A stretch of DNA of 33,217 nucleotides from an uncultured Mesocricetibacter sp. (GTDB lineage: Bacteria > Pseudomonadota > Gammaproteobacteria > Enterobacterales > Pasteurellaceae): NCBI GenBank assembly GCA_905373425.1, contig CAJPST010000001.1, forward strand, positions 1-33,217, in the 5' to 3' direction. The translations under genes were made by a program, and so were the position numbers. Under the pieces are notes generated by a model. That model saw only the letters and a program-made list of their open reading frames with translations, was not told where the DNA came from and made no database searches. Positions 1 through 10,913 of the stretch are shown here, piece by piece (within the stretch, counting starts at the first letter, position 1; each line of letters starts with the position of its first letter).

Positions 1-267
1 TACCGAGCTCAATATTTAAGTTAACTAACCTGTCCAACTTTTGGAGGGCAGATCAATTGGCAGTCAAATTGACGTGGTTGTCTTTTGTTGTTGACATAAA
101 AATTTCCTTTAGAATCAAGATTGGAAAGCGTATATAAAAAGGGCGCTAGTATGGCGGAAATTTCTAGATAAATAAAGGGGAGAATTGAAAATTTATTTCA
201 TAAATTCCTTATTTTTTGAGGGAGTTATTTCATTTTACAGACCATCCTTCCAAATAAAAAAGGATTA

Positions 268-283
268 TGTGATCCAGATCACG
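268..283. promoter_or_regulatory. CRP/FNR-family-like palindromic operator candidate (TGTGATCCAGATCACG; core GTGATCCAGATCAC is a perfect 14-bp palindrome)
   Basis: Read directly in the sequence. It matches the CRP consensus TGTGA-N6-TCACA at 9/10 half-site positions and is one mismatch per half-site from the FNR consensus TTGAT-N4-ATCAA. TATAAT hexamers lie at 295..300 and 329..334. The site sits just upstream of the adhE remnant. Confidence 0.35.
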
Positions 284-323
284 AATTAGGCAGATATAAT
301 TTTTTCTACCTAATTTAAAAACG

Positions 324-2678
324 GTGGGTATAATTAATGAGGATGATGTCACGGGGATTACTGAAATAGCCGATCTAGTAGGTGTCGTATGTGGTATCAC
401 TCCAACAACTAATCCAACTTCCACTGCCATCTTCAAAGCTCTTATCTGTTTAAAAACCCGTAATCCAATCGTTTTTACCTTTCATCCCTTCAGCTCAACA
501 ATGTTCGGCACATGCAGCCGCGTAGTATATGAAGCCGCTGTTGCTGTAGGAGCGCCGAAGGATTGCATTCAATGGATTGAGAAACCATCAATGGAAGGCA
601 CATCCGCACTAATGAAACACCCTGGTATTGCAACAATTCTTGCGACCGGTGGTAATGCGATGGTGGAAGCTGCTTATTCCTGTGGTAAACCTGCTTTAGG
701 TGTCGGTGCCGGTAATGTGCCGGTTTACGTAGAACGTAGTGCCAACATCAAACAAGCCGTTCATGACATTGTATTGTCTAAATCCTTTGATAACGGAATG
801 ATTTGTGCCTCCGAGAAAGCGGCAATTATAGATGCGGAAATTTATGATGAATTCAACAAAGAGATGAAGACTTACGGCGTTTATTACGTCAATAAAAAAG
901 AAAAAGCGATGCTGGAAGAATATATCTTCGGCGTAAAAGCCAACAGTGCAAACTATAGCGGAGCAAAACTCAACGCTAATGTGGTTGGTAAACCTGCAAC
1001 TTGGATTGCTGAACAAGCCGGTTTTAGCGTGCCGGCGAATACCAATATTCTTGCGGCGGAATGTAAAGAAGTTGGTGAAAAAGAGCCGTTAACGCGTGAA
1101 AAATTATCACCGGTATTAGCGGTTTTAAAATTTCATTCTACTCAGGAAGGATTGGATTTATCCGAAGCGATGGTTGAATTCCACGGTTTGGGTCACTCCG
1201 CGGTAATTCACACTAAAGATGCCAAATTGGCGAAAGCATTTGGTGATCGCGTAAAAGCTATTCGGGTTATTTGGAATTCTCCTTCCTTTTTTGGCGGTAT
1301 CGGCGATGTGTATAACTCTTTCCTCCCATTATTGATGCTTGGTTGCGGTTCTTACGGTAAAAACTCCGTGGGTAACAACGTAAGTATGATCAATTTAATT
1401 AATATTAAACGCGTGGGAAGGCGGAGAAATAATATGCAATGGTTTAAAGTGCCTTCAAAAATCTATTTTGAGCGTGATTCGACTCAATATCTGCAAACAA
1501 TGAAAGATGCGGAAAAAGTGATGATCGTGACCGACCGTTCAATGGTCGATCTAGGTTTTGTGGAGAAAATCGCCGAGCAGTTACGTTTGCGCCGCAATAA
1601 AGTCACTTACCAGTTATTTGCTGATGTGGAACCGAACCCAAGTATCGAAACCGTACGACGCGGTACGGAATTAATGCGTAGCTTCCAGCCTGATACCATT
1701 ATTGCACTAGGTGGCGGTTCACCAATGGATGCGGCGAAAGTTATGTGGTTATTCTATGAATAACCTGAAGTGGATTTCCGTGATCTGGTGCAAAAATTTA
1801 TGGACATCCGTAAACGTGCATTTAAATTCCCGCAATTAGGTCGTAAAGCGAAATTTATCGGTATTCCGACTACTTCCGGCACAGGTTCCGAAGTCACACC
1901 GTTTGCGGTGATTACCGACGGCGATATTAAATACCCACTAGCAGACTATTCCCTCACTCCGACCATCGCCATTGTCGATCCTGCACTGGTTATGTCTGTT
2001 CCGGCTCACATTGCGGCGGATACCGGTTTAGACGTGTTAACCCATGCAACCGAAGCCTATGTATCCGTTTTAGCAAATGATTATACCGATGGCTTGGCAT
2101 TACAGGCGATCAAATTAGTATTTGAGTATTTGGAAAAATCGGTCAAAGAAGCTGATCCTTTTGCGCGCGAAAAAATGCATAATGCTTCGACAATGGCCGG
2201 AATGGCATTTGCCAACTCGTTCTTGGGTATTTGTCACTCTATGGCGCACAAACTCGGCGGAAAATTCCATACTATTCACGGTCGAGCCAATGCTATTTTA
2301 CTGCCGTTGGTGATTCATTATAACGGCACGCGGCCGACCAAACTGGTAACGTGGCCGAAATATACCAGCTATGTAGCAGACGTGAGATATCAGGATATTG
2401 CAAGAATGCTTGGCTTACCGGCATCTACTCCGGAAGAGGGGGTTGCCTCTTATGCTAAAGCGGTTTATGACCTTTCCGTGCGTTGTGGCGTGAAGATGCC
2501 CCTGCGTGAACAGAATATTGATGAACAGGAATTCTTAGCAGCACGTCGTGAATTGGCTTTATTGGCATATGAAGATCAATGTTCGCCTGCTAACCCGCGT
2601 TTGGCAATAGTGGAAGATATGGAAGAAATTATGACAAAAGCCTACTACGGCGATTACGGTTATAATAAAATCCGCTAA
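324..2678 (+). pseudogene. adhE: Bifunctional acetaldehyde-CoA/alcohol dehydrogenase AdhE, disrupted (5'-truncated plus in-frame stop)
   Basis: Same-frame ORFs 324..1763 and 1770..2678 together align with AdhE. Recognisable motifs are PTTNPTSTAIFK, the ALDH catalytic-Cys motif MICASEKA, GGGSPMDAAK, and the Fe-ADH motifs GLDVLTHATEAYVS and CHSMAHKLGGKFHTIHG. A TAA at 1761..1763 interrupts the conserved MW..YE/PE..F segment. About 86 N-terminal residues relative to E. coli AdhE have no coding counterpart in 1..323, and the ORF opens at GTG 324 with no ATG. Codons 490..519 read far better in the +1 frame (SAQQCSAHAA) than in frame (FSSTMFGTCS). Confidence 0.85.
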
Positions 2679-2683
2679 TAACA

Positions 2684-2727
2684 GACCGCACTTTGTGTTT
2701 TCGCTAATAAAGTGCGGTCATTTTTTT
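2684..2727 (+). terminator. Rho-independent terminator formed by an inverted USS pair
   Basis: GACCGCACTTT (2684..2694) and AAAGTGCGGTC (2709..2719) form an 11-bp stem, followed by T7 at 2721..2727. It lies directly after the adhE stop. The glpG stop codon lies inside the right arm. Confidence 0.75.
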
Positions 2728-3578
2728 GCCTGTAAAAAGCCGAATAATAATCCGACAATAAGCCCCGAAATATGTGCCGTATTACCCATATTTATGCCGA
2801 TGAGCGGGCTAATAAAGCCGAAAGCAATTCCGACAAGCAACATATTAAAAAAGCCTAGCGGTAAGTCAAAACTCGTTTGTGAGCTGAATTTATCCACACA
2901 GAATACAAATCCCAACACTGCATAAATCACACCTGACAAGCCAAAAAAAGCAGGGCCGGAAGCGATATTCTGACCAATACCACTAATTATGGCTGCAACA
3001 AAGAATAAGCCAATTAATTTCCCAGTACCGAATTTTCGCTCGATTGCCCCGGCGAAAATCCACCACCAAGTTAAATTAAATAGAATATGCAACGGAGATA
3101 AGTGTACTAAACTGTGTGAAATATAACGCCATAATTGCCAATCCTCGTCGATAAAGGCCGGATAATGAGAAAACTCCATAATTTCCTCATCCCAACCAAA
3201 CAGCCCGAACAGATAAATCAATATACAAAGTGCGGTTAGAAAAACGGTAAATTTTGCGTTTTTTAAGCCGTTTAAATCCATTCTAGAAAAACGCCATAGA
3301 TCTTTTAGCGAATAACTTGCGCGGTTTGGTGAAGTATCACCGCTCTGCCAACTTGCCTGTTCATAACGTTCATGCATCGGTTCGGCAATAAATATATGAT
3401 AGTCTTCGATGATTTGCTCAAAGTGCGGTGAGTTTTCAGGCAGATATAAAGCAGTAACGGGCAAACCATGCTCATCAACTTCTTCCGTTAATACCAGTTC
3501 TTGTCGATATTTTGCTCGCACATAATCGCGGAACTTGATACAAAAAATCGGTAGTTCGCTTCTCATTAATCGTTGCAT
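2718..3578 (-). CDS. glpG: Rhomboid family intramembrane serine protease GlpG
   Basis: 286-aa ORF with rhomboid motifs: HLSPLHILFNLTWWWIFAG (H..N), GLSGVIYAVLG (catalytic Ser) and AHISGLIVGLLFG (catalytic His). It also has an N-terminal cytoplasmic domain like GlpG. Confidence 0.9.
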   Translation of the reverse strand: MQRLMRSELPIFCIKFRDYVRAKYRQELVLTEEVDEHGLPVTALYLPENSPHFEQIIEDYHIFIAEPMHERYEQASWQSGDTSPNRASYSLKDLWRFSRMDLNGLKNAKFTVFLTALCILIYLFGLFGWDEEIMEFSHYPAFIDEDWQLWRYISHSLVHLSPLHILFNLTWWWIFAGAIERKFGTGKLIGLFFVAAIISGIGQNIASGPAFFGLSGVIYAVLGFVFCVDKFSSQTSFDLPLGFFNMLLVGIAFGFISPLIGINMGNTAHISGLIVGLLFGFLQAKK

Positions 3579-3618
3579 TTGTTATATTCCCCTCCTGAAT
3601 TTTGCTTATTGTAACGAT

Positions 3619-3975
3619 ATGGAGCCGGAAATGGAAAGAGAAGAAACGCAAAAGGGAAAGGATGAAATTAAAATACCAGAAGGATTCAGCCGTTTCCAGT
3701 GGGCGTTAGCCGGATTTTGCCTGCCGATTTTATTATGGCCGTTAGCAATTTTGATTTCCCCGAATTTAGGTAAAAATTCGCAGTTGAGTGAATTGCAAAT
3801 TAACGCAATGTCGATCTTTTTATGGATCTACCCGTTCGTGTTGGGCATCATTGCGCGAATTTTATTTAAACTGGAACAGCGTAAACCGACTGTCGCAAAA
3901 CGTTTATTAGTAGCAAGTGCGGTAATTTTTTACGTTATTTTATTCTATGTAGCAACAATTGGCTTTAGCGGCTAA
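3619..3975 (+). CDS. Hypothetical small inner-membrane protein (about 3 predicted TM segments)
   Basis: The open frame is 3535..3975. I start it at ATG 3619 because the upstream part overlaps the glpG 5' end. Hydrophobic segments are ALAGFCLPILLWPLAILI, MSIFLWIYPFVLGIIARILF and LLVASAVIFYVILFYVATIGF. I recognise no family. A hairpin terminator follows. Confidence 0.55.
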   Translation: MEPEMEREETQKGKDEIKIPEGFSRFQWALAGFCLPILLWPLAILISPNLGKNSQLSELQINAMSIFLWIYPFVLGIIARILFKLEQRKPTVAKRLLVASAVIFYVILFYVATIGFSG

Positions 3976-3989
3976 ACGATGAATTATTA

Positions 3990-4012
3990 GGGGAAGATTT
4001 CCCCCCTTTTTT
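3990..4012 (+). terminator. Rho-independent terminator
   Basis: GGGGAA (3990..3995) and TTCCCC (3999..4004) form a stem, followed by CCTTTTTT. Confidence 0.6.
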
Positions 4013-4036
4013 AATCACATTTTCATAGCTATGTTA

Positions 4037-4963
<927 letters not shown>

Positions 4964-6076
4964 TTATTTTGGAAAAATCACGCCTAAACTGGCCGCTCTT
5001 TTTGCGCCGGTCACACTCGGTAGATTACTCGGTTGATTGGTTAGGCGTCGATAGGCAAGCCATGCGAAAGCGGCGGCTTCTACATAGTCGGGATCTAAAC
5101 CGAATGTTGTTGTATCCGACACTTCCCACGTTGGTAGCAATTCATGTAAACGTTGCATGAGTAACGGATTACGTGCGCCACCTCCGCAGACTAACAGAAA
5201 ATTCGGTAAATCCTCTTTTTGCAATAATTTCAATTCATTAGCAATGCTTTGTACAGTAAATTCAGCTAGGGTGCGTTGTACGTTTTGTGGTAAAAGTGCG
5301 GTGTGTTTTGCAAGTATTTTATCAAGCCACGGTAAATTGAATAGCTCGCGCCCAGTGCTTTTCGGCGGTGCTTGTTGTAAGAATGGCTCGTTTAATAATG
5401 CGGTTAAAAGAGCGGTGTCAATTTCGCCTGTTTTCGCCCATTTGGCATCTTTATCGTAGGCTTTGCCTAGATGCCTTGCAATCCAGCCGTCCATTAACGT
5501 ATTACCGGCACCAACATCATAACCGATAGTCGGCTGATGTGGTGAAAGAACGGAAATATTACTGATGCCACCAATATTTAACACCACCGTCAAGCGGTTG
5601 GGAGCGGCAAAAATTCCTTCATGAAAAGCAGGAACCAGTGGAGCACCTTGGCCACCATACGCCATATCTTTGCGACGGAAATCGGCAACAGTGGTGATTC
5701 CTGTGTTTGCCGCCAACAAATTCATATCACCGATTTGCATGGTAAACGGCAAATCTCCGTTCGGCGCATGCCATATGGTCTGTCCGTGACAGCCGATAGC
5801 TTGAATCTGCTCGGGCGTTAACTGCTGTTTAGCTAAAAAAAGATTAACCGACTCAGCGTAAAGTAGTCCGAGCTGATGATCTAATTCGCCTAAATGTTGC
5901 AATGAGGTTTCGCCCGAGTGTAAAAGTGCGGTCAGTTTTTCACGTATTTTTTCCGGCATCGGCATAAAATCCGCTGCAACCAAGCGCGCAGAATGTCCGT
6001 TGAAATTCATTAATGCCAAATCTACTCCATCAAGGCTGGTACCGGACATGATGCCGAGGTATAAGTTTGAGTTCAT
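4964..6076 (-). CDS. anmK: Anhydro-N-acetylmuramic acid kinase AnmK
   Basis: 370-aa ORF. The N-terminus [17 protein letters not shown] and the length are typical of AnmK. It sits immediately upstream of murQ. Confidence 0.93.
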   Translation of the reverse strand: MNSNLYLGIMSGTSLDGVDLALMNFNGHSARLVAADFMPMPEKIREKLTALLHSGETSLQHLGELDHQLGLLYAESVNLFLAKQQLTPEQIQAIGCHGQTIWHAPNGDLPFTMQIGDMNLLAANTGITTVADFRRKDMAYGGQGAPLVPAFHEGIFAAPNRLTVVLNIGGISNISVLSPHQPTIGYDVGAGNTLMDGWIARHLGKAYDKDAKWAKTGEIDTALLTALLNEPFLQQAPPKSTGRELFNLPWLDKILAKHTALLPQNVQRTLAEFTVQSIANELKLLQKEDLPNFLLVCGGGARNPLLMQRLHELLPTWEVSDTTTFGLDPDYVEAAAFAWLAYRRLTNQPSNLPSVTGAKRAASLGVIFPK

Positions 6077-6496
6077 TATAATTACGTTATTTCTGTATAA
6101 GTGATTTCGGGGTGATAATAAAAATGATCGTGTTCTACAATAGAAAGATAAGTTCTGCTCTTGCGTCTAGTTTCACACAAAACAACTTTTTTGAAACTTA
6201 TTGAATTTAATTGTACGACCACATAAAAAGAAAAATCATATATATCTTCAAATATAATCATAAAACTAACAATATTAATAATAAAGAAAAACTAAATCCT
6301 ATGTTATAAATCTATTAATGATACATTTGCTTGATGCCAATAAATTTATATTATTACCATTCATTTTTAAACCAAATAAAATCAATATGTTATTTGTGGA
6401 TGGCTGTTTATTATAATGAAACTAATTTCGCATCTGTTCTTAATTTAATAAATTCCGTGTAAAATGACCGTACTTTTCAAAACAAGAGAGAGTATT

Positions 6497-7861
6497 ATGA
6501 CAAAACTAAGCGTTGTAATTTTAGCTGCCGGTAAAGGCACCCGTATGTATTCCGATCTACCGAAGGTGCTGCACAAGGTCGCAGGCAAGCCGATGGTAAA
6601 GCATGTAATTGATACGGCTAAGCAATTGAATGCTGCGCAAATTCATTTGATTTATGGACACGGTGCAGATTTATTAAAGCAGCGTTTAGCTGATGAGCCG
6701 GTGAATTGGGTTTTTCAAGCGGAGCAGCTCGGAACAGGACATGCAATGCAACAAGCGGCACCGTTTTTTGCGGATGATGAAAATATCTTGATGCTTTATG
6801 GTGATGCCCCGTTAATTACTACGGAAACGCTACAAAAACTGATCGCAGCAAAACCCGAAAACGGCATTGCATTGTTAACAGTAAACCTTGAGAATCCAAC
6901 AGGTTATGGGCGAATTATCCGCCAAGACGGTAATGTTACGGCAATTGTGGAACAAAAGGACGCAAATGCCGAGCAGTTGAAAATTACCGAAGTGAATACG
7001 GGCGTGATGGTGTCTGACGGAGCGAGTTTCAAAAAATGGCTCGCGCGTTTGGATAACAATAATGCGCAAGGCGAATACTATATGACGGACGTGATTGGCT
7101 TGGCGAATCAGGATGGATTTAAAGTGGTAGCAGTGCAGGCGACGGATATGATGGAAGTGGAAGGGGCAAATAACCGTTTACAAATGGCGGCATTAGAGCG
7201 CTACTTCCAGCGTAAACAGGCGCAAAAACTGTTATTGGCGGGAGTCAGTTTGACAGATCCGGAACGTTTTGATTTACGTGGCGAATTGGAACACGGTAAG
7301 GATGTGGAAATCGATATAAACGTGATTATCGAAGGTAATGTACGATTAGGGAATCGGGTCAAAATCGGTGCCGGCTGTGTACTGAAAAATGTGGAAATTG
7401 CCGATGATGTAGAAATTAAACCGTATTCCGTATTGGAGAATGCTGTTGTAGGCGAAAAAGCAGCAATCGGACCATTCTCCCGTTTACGCCCGGGAGCTGA
7501 ATTGGCGGCGGAAACTCACGTCGGCAATTTTGTCGAAATTAAACAGGCGAAAGTAGGAAAGGGCTCTAAAGTCAACCACTTAACTTATATCGGTGATGCG
7601 GAAATTGGCCGTGATTGTAATATTGGAGCGGGCGTTATCACCTGTAACTATGACGGTGCCAACAAGTTTAAAACTGTGATCGGCGATAATGTTTTTGTCG
7701 GTTCTGACAGCCAGCTTATCGCGCCGGTCACCATCGCTGACAATGTTACCGTCGCGGCAGGTGCAACGGTGACGGATAATGTCGAAGCAGGCGAGTTAGT
7801 CATCAGCCGTGTGCGTCAGCGCCATATTCCGAATTGGAAACGTCCAACGAAGAAAAAGTAA
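6497..7861 (+). CDS. glmU: Bifunctional UDP-N-acetylglucosamine pyrophosphorylase / GlcN-1-P acetyltransferase GlmU
   Basis: The start [26 protein letters not shown] (ATG 6497) is preceded by AGAGAGAG. C-terminal left-handed beta-helix hexapeptide repeats are present. Length from this start is 454 aa. Confidence 0.95.
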   Translation: MTKLSVVILAAGKGTRMYSDLPKVLHKVAGKPMVKHVIDTAKQLNAAQIHLIYGHGADLLKQRLADEPVNWVFQAEQLGTGHAMQQAAPFFADDENILMLYGDAPLITTETLQKLIAAKPENGIALLTVNLENPTGYGRIIRQDGNVTAIVEQKDANAEQLKITEVNTGVMVSDGASFKKWLARLDNNNAQGEYYMTDVIGLANQDGFKVVAVQATDMMEVEGANNRLQMAALERYFQRKQAQKLLLAGVSLTDPERFDLRGELEHGKDVEIDINVIIEGNVRLGNRVKIGAGCVLKNVEIADDVEIKPYSVLENAVVGEKAAIGPFSRLRPGAELAAETHVGNFVEIKQAKVGKGSKVNHLTYIGDAEIGRDCNIGAGVITCNYDGANKFKTVIGDNVFVGSDSQLIAPVTIADNVTVAAGATVTDNVEAGELVISRVRQRHIPNWKRPTKKK

Positions 7862-7884
7862 TCTAAAAAAACAAAGTAAAAATT

Positions 7885-7937
7885 GACCGCACTTTTGATG
7901 AGTTAGGATAATGAAATCAAAGTGCGGTCTATTTTTT
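7885..7937. terminator. Bidirectional terminator formed by an inverted USS pair
   Basis: GACCGCACTTTTGAT (7885..) and ATCAAAGTGCGGTC (..7929) form a long stem, followed by TATTTTTTG on the + strand. An A/T run on the other side serves the convergent kdkA. Confidence 0.7.
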
Positions 7938-7987
7938 GTGCATTATGTAGAAAGGGGGAAAAAGGATATGGTTTGCTTAGTAGCAGA

Positions 7988-8752
7988 TTATTTTTCTCCT
8001 TGTTGATACCCGTTCAGTAGTTCTTGCCAGTCAGTATCGTTGAAGCGGATTTTCATTCGCTCGGTCTCTTTGATGAAAGAGCGGTGTAATCTTTGCAAAT
8101 TCTCTTGTTTCCAAGAATTACCCGATTTTTGACCGCACTTATCAAAATCCAGTAACCAATATTTTTCGTCGGCAAGGTTTTTCTGCACCAGAATATTATG
8201 GGCGTTTAGATCCGTATGGCAAATTTGCATATCGTGCAAGCGGCGGATAAGCTTGCCGATGTTTTGCCAACCTTGCGAATTAAGCTCGGAATGTTGCATA
8301 ATGGCAGTTAGATCCTGAGCATTTTCGATTCTTTCCATTAAAATATCAGCTCGATAGAGTCCGAATCCTACATTTTCTACCTGTGCTGCAATGGGTTTCG
8401 GCACCGGCAGCCCCGCTTGATGTAGTTTATGCAATAAACGTAATTCGGCAAAACTGCGGGTTGTGTTTAAAGTGTTGAATTTATATTTGTCTTTAATAAT
8501 TTTGCCCCATAAACCGCCCCGATAATAATGGCGTAATGCGCAGTTTACCCCAAATAAATCCTGCGTTTGCAAAAACCAAGTGGTGCCGCGCCCTTTTGCC
8601 GAACCGATTATACGATTTTGATTTTGCCAGTAATCAGGCGTGAAAAATAACGCGTATTCTTGTGTGGCATAGCTTTCATCTGCGAATAAAAAGAAACGGT
8701 TTTGGTATTGCAATTCAATCATTTTCTGCTTGGGATGGGTGGCGGTTAGCAT
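7988..8752 (-). CDS. kdkA: 3-deoxy-D-manno-octulosonic acid (Kdo) kinase KdkA
   Basis: 254-aa ORF with the kinase catalytic-loop motif ICHTDLNAHNILV and DFDK. It is divergent from opsX, as in Haemophilus. The second Met (ATG 8720..8722, MIELQYQN...) may be the true start, giving 244 aa. Confidence 0.88.
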   Translation of the reverse strand: MLTATHPKQKMIELQYQNRFFLFADESYATQEYALFFTPDYWQNQNRIIGSAKGRGTTWFLQTQDLFGVNCALRHYYRGGLWGKIIKDKYKFNTLNTTRSFAELRLLHKLHQAGLPVPKPIAAQVENVGFGLYRADILMERIENAQDLTAIMQHSELNSQGWQNIGKLIRRLHDMQICHTDLNAHNILVQKNLADEKYWLLDFDKCGQKSGNSWKQENLQRLHRSFIKETERMKIRFNDTDWQELLNGYQQGEK

Positions 8753-8801
8753 TATTCTACTTTAAAATAAAACCAATGCCAAAATCAAAGAGACATTTAT
8801 T

Positions 8802-9848
8802 ATGCCGCTTTTTACCCAACCACCGCAATCTTTATGTATTTTACGTTTATCCGCCATTGGTGATGTGTGCCATGTATTGGCGGCTGTGCAACAAATTCAA
8901 CAATATTGGCCGGATACTGAAATGACTTGGATTGTCGGTAAAACGGAAGCACAACTTTTAGAAGGAATTCAAGGCGTTGAGCTGATTGTTTATGATAAAA
9001 AGAGCGGTTGGAAAAATGCGAGAAATATTTGGCAACGATTGGCTGAACGGAAGTTTGATGCTCTGCTGAATATGCAAACAGCGCTACGTGCATCGGTGTT
9101 ATCTTTAGGAATCAAAGCTAAGTATAAAGTCGGCTTTGGTAAAAAAAGGGCGAGAGAAGGACAATGGTTGTTTACTAATCGTAAAATTCATGAACCGCAA
9201 AATCCCCATGTTCTTGATGGTTTTATGGCGTTTGCCGAATATTTAGGCGTGCCGATCGATAAGCCACACTGGCAGCTGGCGATAGGCGAGAAAGAGCGTG
9301 CTGAGGTTGTGCAATATATTGATCCAACTAGAAAAAATCTAATTATTTCACCTTGCTCCAGCAAACCTGAAAAAGATTGGTTGGTTGAGCGTTATGCACA
9401 AGTAGCGGAAATTGCTCACCGGAATAATATTCAAGTAATTTTATGCGGTTCGCCGGCTAAGCGTGAGATGGAAACTGTGGCGCAGATTATGGCACGATGC
9501 AACTTTCAGCCGGTTGATTTATCAGGAAAAACCAATTTAAAGCAGTTGACTGCGTTAATTGGTATGGTGGATTTGGTTATTTCGCCGGATTCCGGCCCGG
9601 CTCATCTTGCTACGACGCAAGGCACCCCAGTTATCGGTCTATATGCCTATCATAACCCGCTGCGCACAGGACCTTATAATAATTTGGCAAATGTGGTGTC
9701 GGTATATGAACAAAATCTGTTGCGTGAATACGGTAAACCTGCATCAGAATTGCCTTGGGCAACCAAATTAAAGGGGAAAGGCTTGATGGCGCAAATTCAG
9801 GTGGAAGATGTGGTGAAGCAAATGAAACAGCTGGGCTTGCTACCTTGA
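8802..9848 (+). CDS. opsX: LOS heptosyltransferase I (glycosyltransferase family 9), OpsX type
   Basis: 348-aa ORF. Recognisable segments are ILRLSAIGDVCH, SPCSSKPEKDW, SPDSGPAHLATTQGTPVIGLYAYHNP and PWATKLKGK. Its position next to kdkA matches the H. influenzae arrangement (from memory). Confidence 0.88.
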   Translation: MPLFTQPPQSLCILRLSAIGDVCHVLAAVQQIQQYWPDTEMTWIVGKTEAQLLEGIQGVELIVYDKKSGWKNARNIWQRLAERKFDALLNMQTALRASVLSLGIKAKYKVGFGKKRAREGQWLFTNRKIHEPQNPHVLDGFMAFAEYLGVPIDKPHWQLAIGEKERAEVVQYIDPTRKNLIISPCSSKPEKDWLVERYAQVAEIAHRNNIQVILCGSPAKREMETVAQIMARCNFQPVDLSGKTNLKQLTALIGMVDLVISPDSGPAHLATTQGTPVIGLYAYHNPLRTGPYNNLANVVSVYEQNLLREYGKPASELPWATKLKGKGLMAQIQVEDVVKQMKQLGLLP

Positions 9849-9896
9849 TGTCACAATTGGTTTTTTGAGGTGTCATATAAACCATGTCGAGCTATA

Positions 9897-9934
9897 AAAG
9901 TGCGGTTAAAAATTTTTCGATTTTTTAACCGCAC
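9897..9934. terminator. Hairpin terminator (USS plus degenerate inverted USS)
   Basis: GTGCGGTTAAAAA (9900..9912) and TTTTTAACCGCAC (9922..9934) form the stem. On the minus strand the hairpin is followed by TTTTAT, so it mainly serves hldD. It lies between the convergent opsX and hldD. Confidence 0.6.
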
Positions 9935-9986
9935 AAAAAGAAATTTTTAAGAGAGTTTACTTAACGTGGCAAGTAAAACTCACTTT

Positions 9987-10913
9987 TTATTTACGATTCA
10001 GCCACGCCATATATTCCGCGACGCCCTGCGCTACGGTTTTGAACGGTTTGTCATAGCCTGCGGCGCGTAGTTTAGCAAGGTTTGCCTGTGTGTATTCCTG
10101 ATAGCGCGATTTCAGATGTTCCGGGAACGGAATGGTTTCAATCGCACCTTTGGCGTGGAATTTAATCACAGCTTTGGCCACTTCCTCAAAACTTTCTGCT
10201 TTGCCGGTACCGCAGTTATAAATACCGGAAATTGCGTGTTGCCACGCCCAGATATTAACCTGCGCCACATCGCCCACATAAATAAAATCACGGATAAAGT
10301 GTTCGCTGCCGGCAAATAATTTCGGGTTTTCGCCTTTTAACATTTGATTGTTTAAATGGAACGCTACGCTCGCCATGGAGCCTTTATGTTGTTCGCGCGG
10401 CCCGTACACATTGAAATACTTAAAGCCGCATACCGGAGATTCCGCTTCCGGCAGAATTTGGCGCACATATTCATCGAATAGGAATTTGGAATAACCGTAC
10501 ACATTCAATGGGCCTTCAAATTGGCGCTCTTCGATAAATTCGGTTTTATCACCGTAAGTTGCCGCACTAGACGCATAGAAAAACGGAATTTGGCGATCCA
10601 AACAATAGTGCAGTAATTCTTTAGAATATTCGTAATTATTCTGCATCATGTATTTGCCGTCCCACTCCGTAGTGGCGGAGCAGGCACCTTGATGGAAAAT
10701 TACATCAATATCGCCTAAGTCGTCTCCGGCGATTACAGAAGCTATGAAATCTTCTTTATCGCAATAGTCGGCAATGTCTAAATCCACCAGATTAACGAAT
10801 TTAGTACCATCTTTCAGGTTATCTACCACCAAAATGTCTTTTCGTCCCATTTCGTTTAATGCTTTCACGATATTACTGCCGATGAAGCCTGCACCACCGG
10901 TTACGATAATCAT
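9987..10913 (-). CDS. hldD: ADP-L-glycero-D-manno-heptose 6-epimerase
   Basis: 308-aa ORF with [20 protein letters not shown] (Rossmann GxxGxxG) and the YGYSK catalytic motif. It is full length relative to RfaD/HldD. Confidence 0.95.
   Translation of the reverse strand: MIIVTGGAGFIGSNIVKALNEMGRKDILVVDNLKDGTKFVNLVDLDIADYCDKEDFIASVIAGDDLGDIDVIFHQGACSATTEWDGKYMMQNNYEYSKELLHYCLDRQIPFFYASSAATYGDKTEFIEERQFEGPLNVYGYSKFLFDEYVRQILPEAESPVCGFKYFNVYGPREQHKGSMASVAFHLNNQMLKGENPKLFAGSEHFIRDFIYVGDVAQVNIWAWQHAISGIYNCGTGKAESFEEVAKAVIKFHAKGAIETIPFPEHLKSRYQEYTQANLAKLRAAGYDKPFKTVAQGVAEYMAWLNRK

Noticed and set aside
1-323. Possible mobile-element end or remnant of the adhE 5' coding region. This includes a short ATGGCGGAAATTTCT (MAEIS) at 151 followed by stops.
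   Set aside because: No inverted repeats, transposase fragment or AdhE-like translation is visible in any frame. The MAEIS resemblance to an AdhE start is too short to count as evidence.
1770-2678. Independent expression of the AdhE alcohol-dehydrogenase domain from GTG 1770.
   Set aside because: The ORF would start after the GGGSPMDAAK NAD-binding loop and so lack part of the domain. No SD precedes it. It is in the same frame as the upstream fragment, so a nonsense mutation in one gene is the simpler reading.
3535-3618. Longer N-terminal extension (MIQKIGSS...) of the small membrane protein ORF.
   Set aside because: The extension overlaps the 5' end of glpG on the opposite strand and has an implausible Cys/Ile-rich sequence. 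The internal ATG at 3619 leaves a sensible divergent spacer.
7967-8005. 12-codon mini-ORF (MVCLVADYFSPC) preceded by a purine-rich AGGGGGAAAAAGGA.
   Set aside because: It overlaps the 3' end of kdkA on the opposite strand and lies just after the glmU terminator. It is too short and unsupported by any other signal.
9141-9147. A7 homopolymer inside opsX as a possible phase-variation tract for LOS biosynthesis.
   Set aside because: Seven adenines is short for slipped-strand switching. The gene is intact and in frame. Haemophilus LOS phase variation classically uses tetranucleotide repeats, and none are present here.
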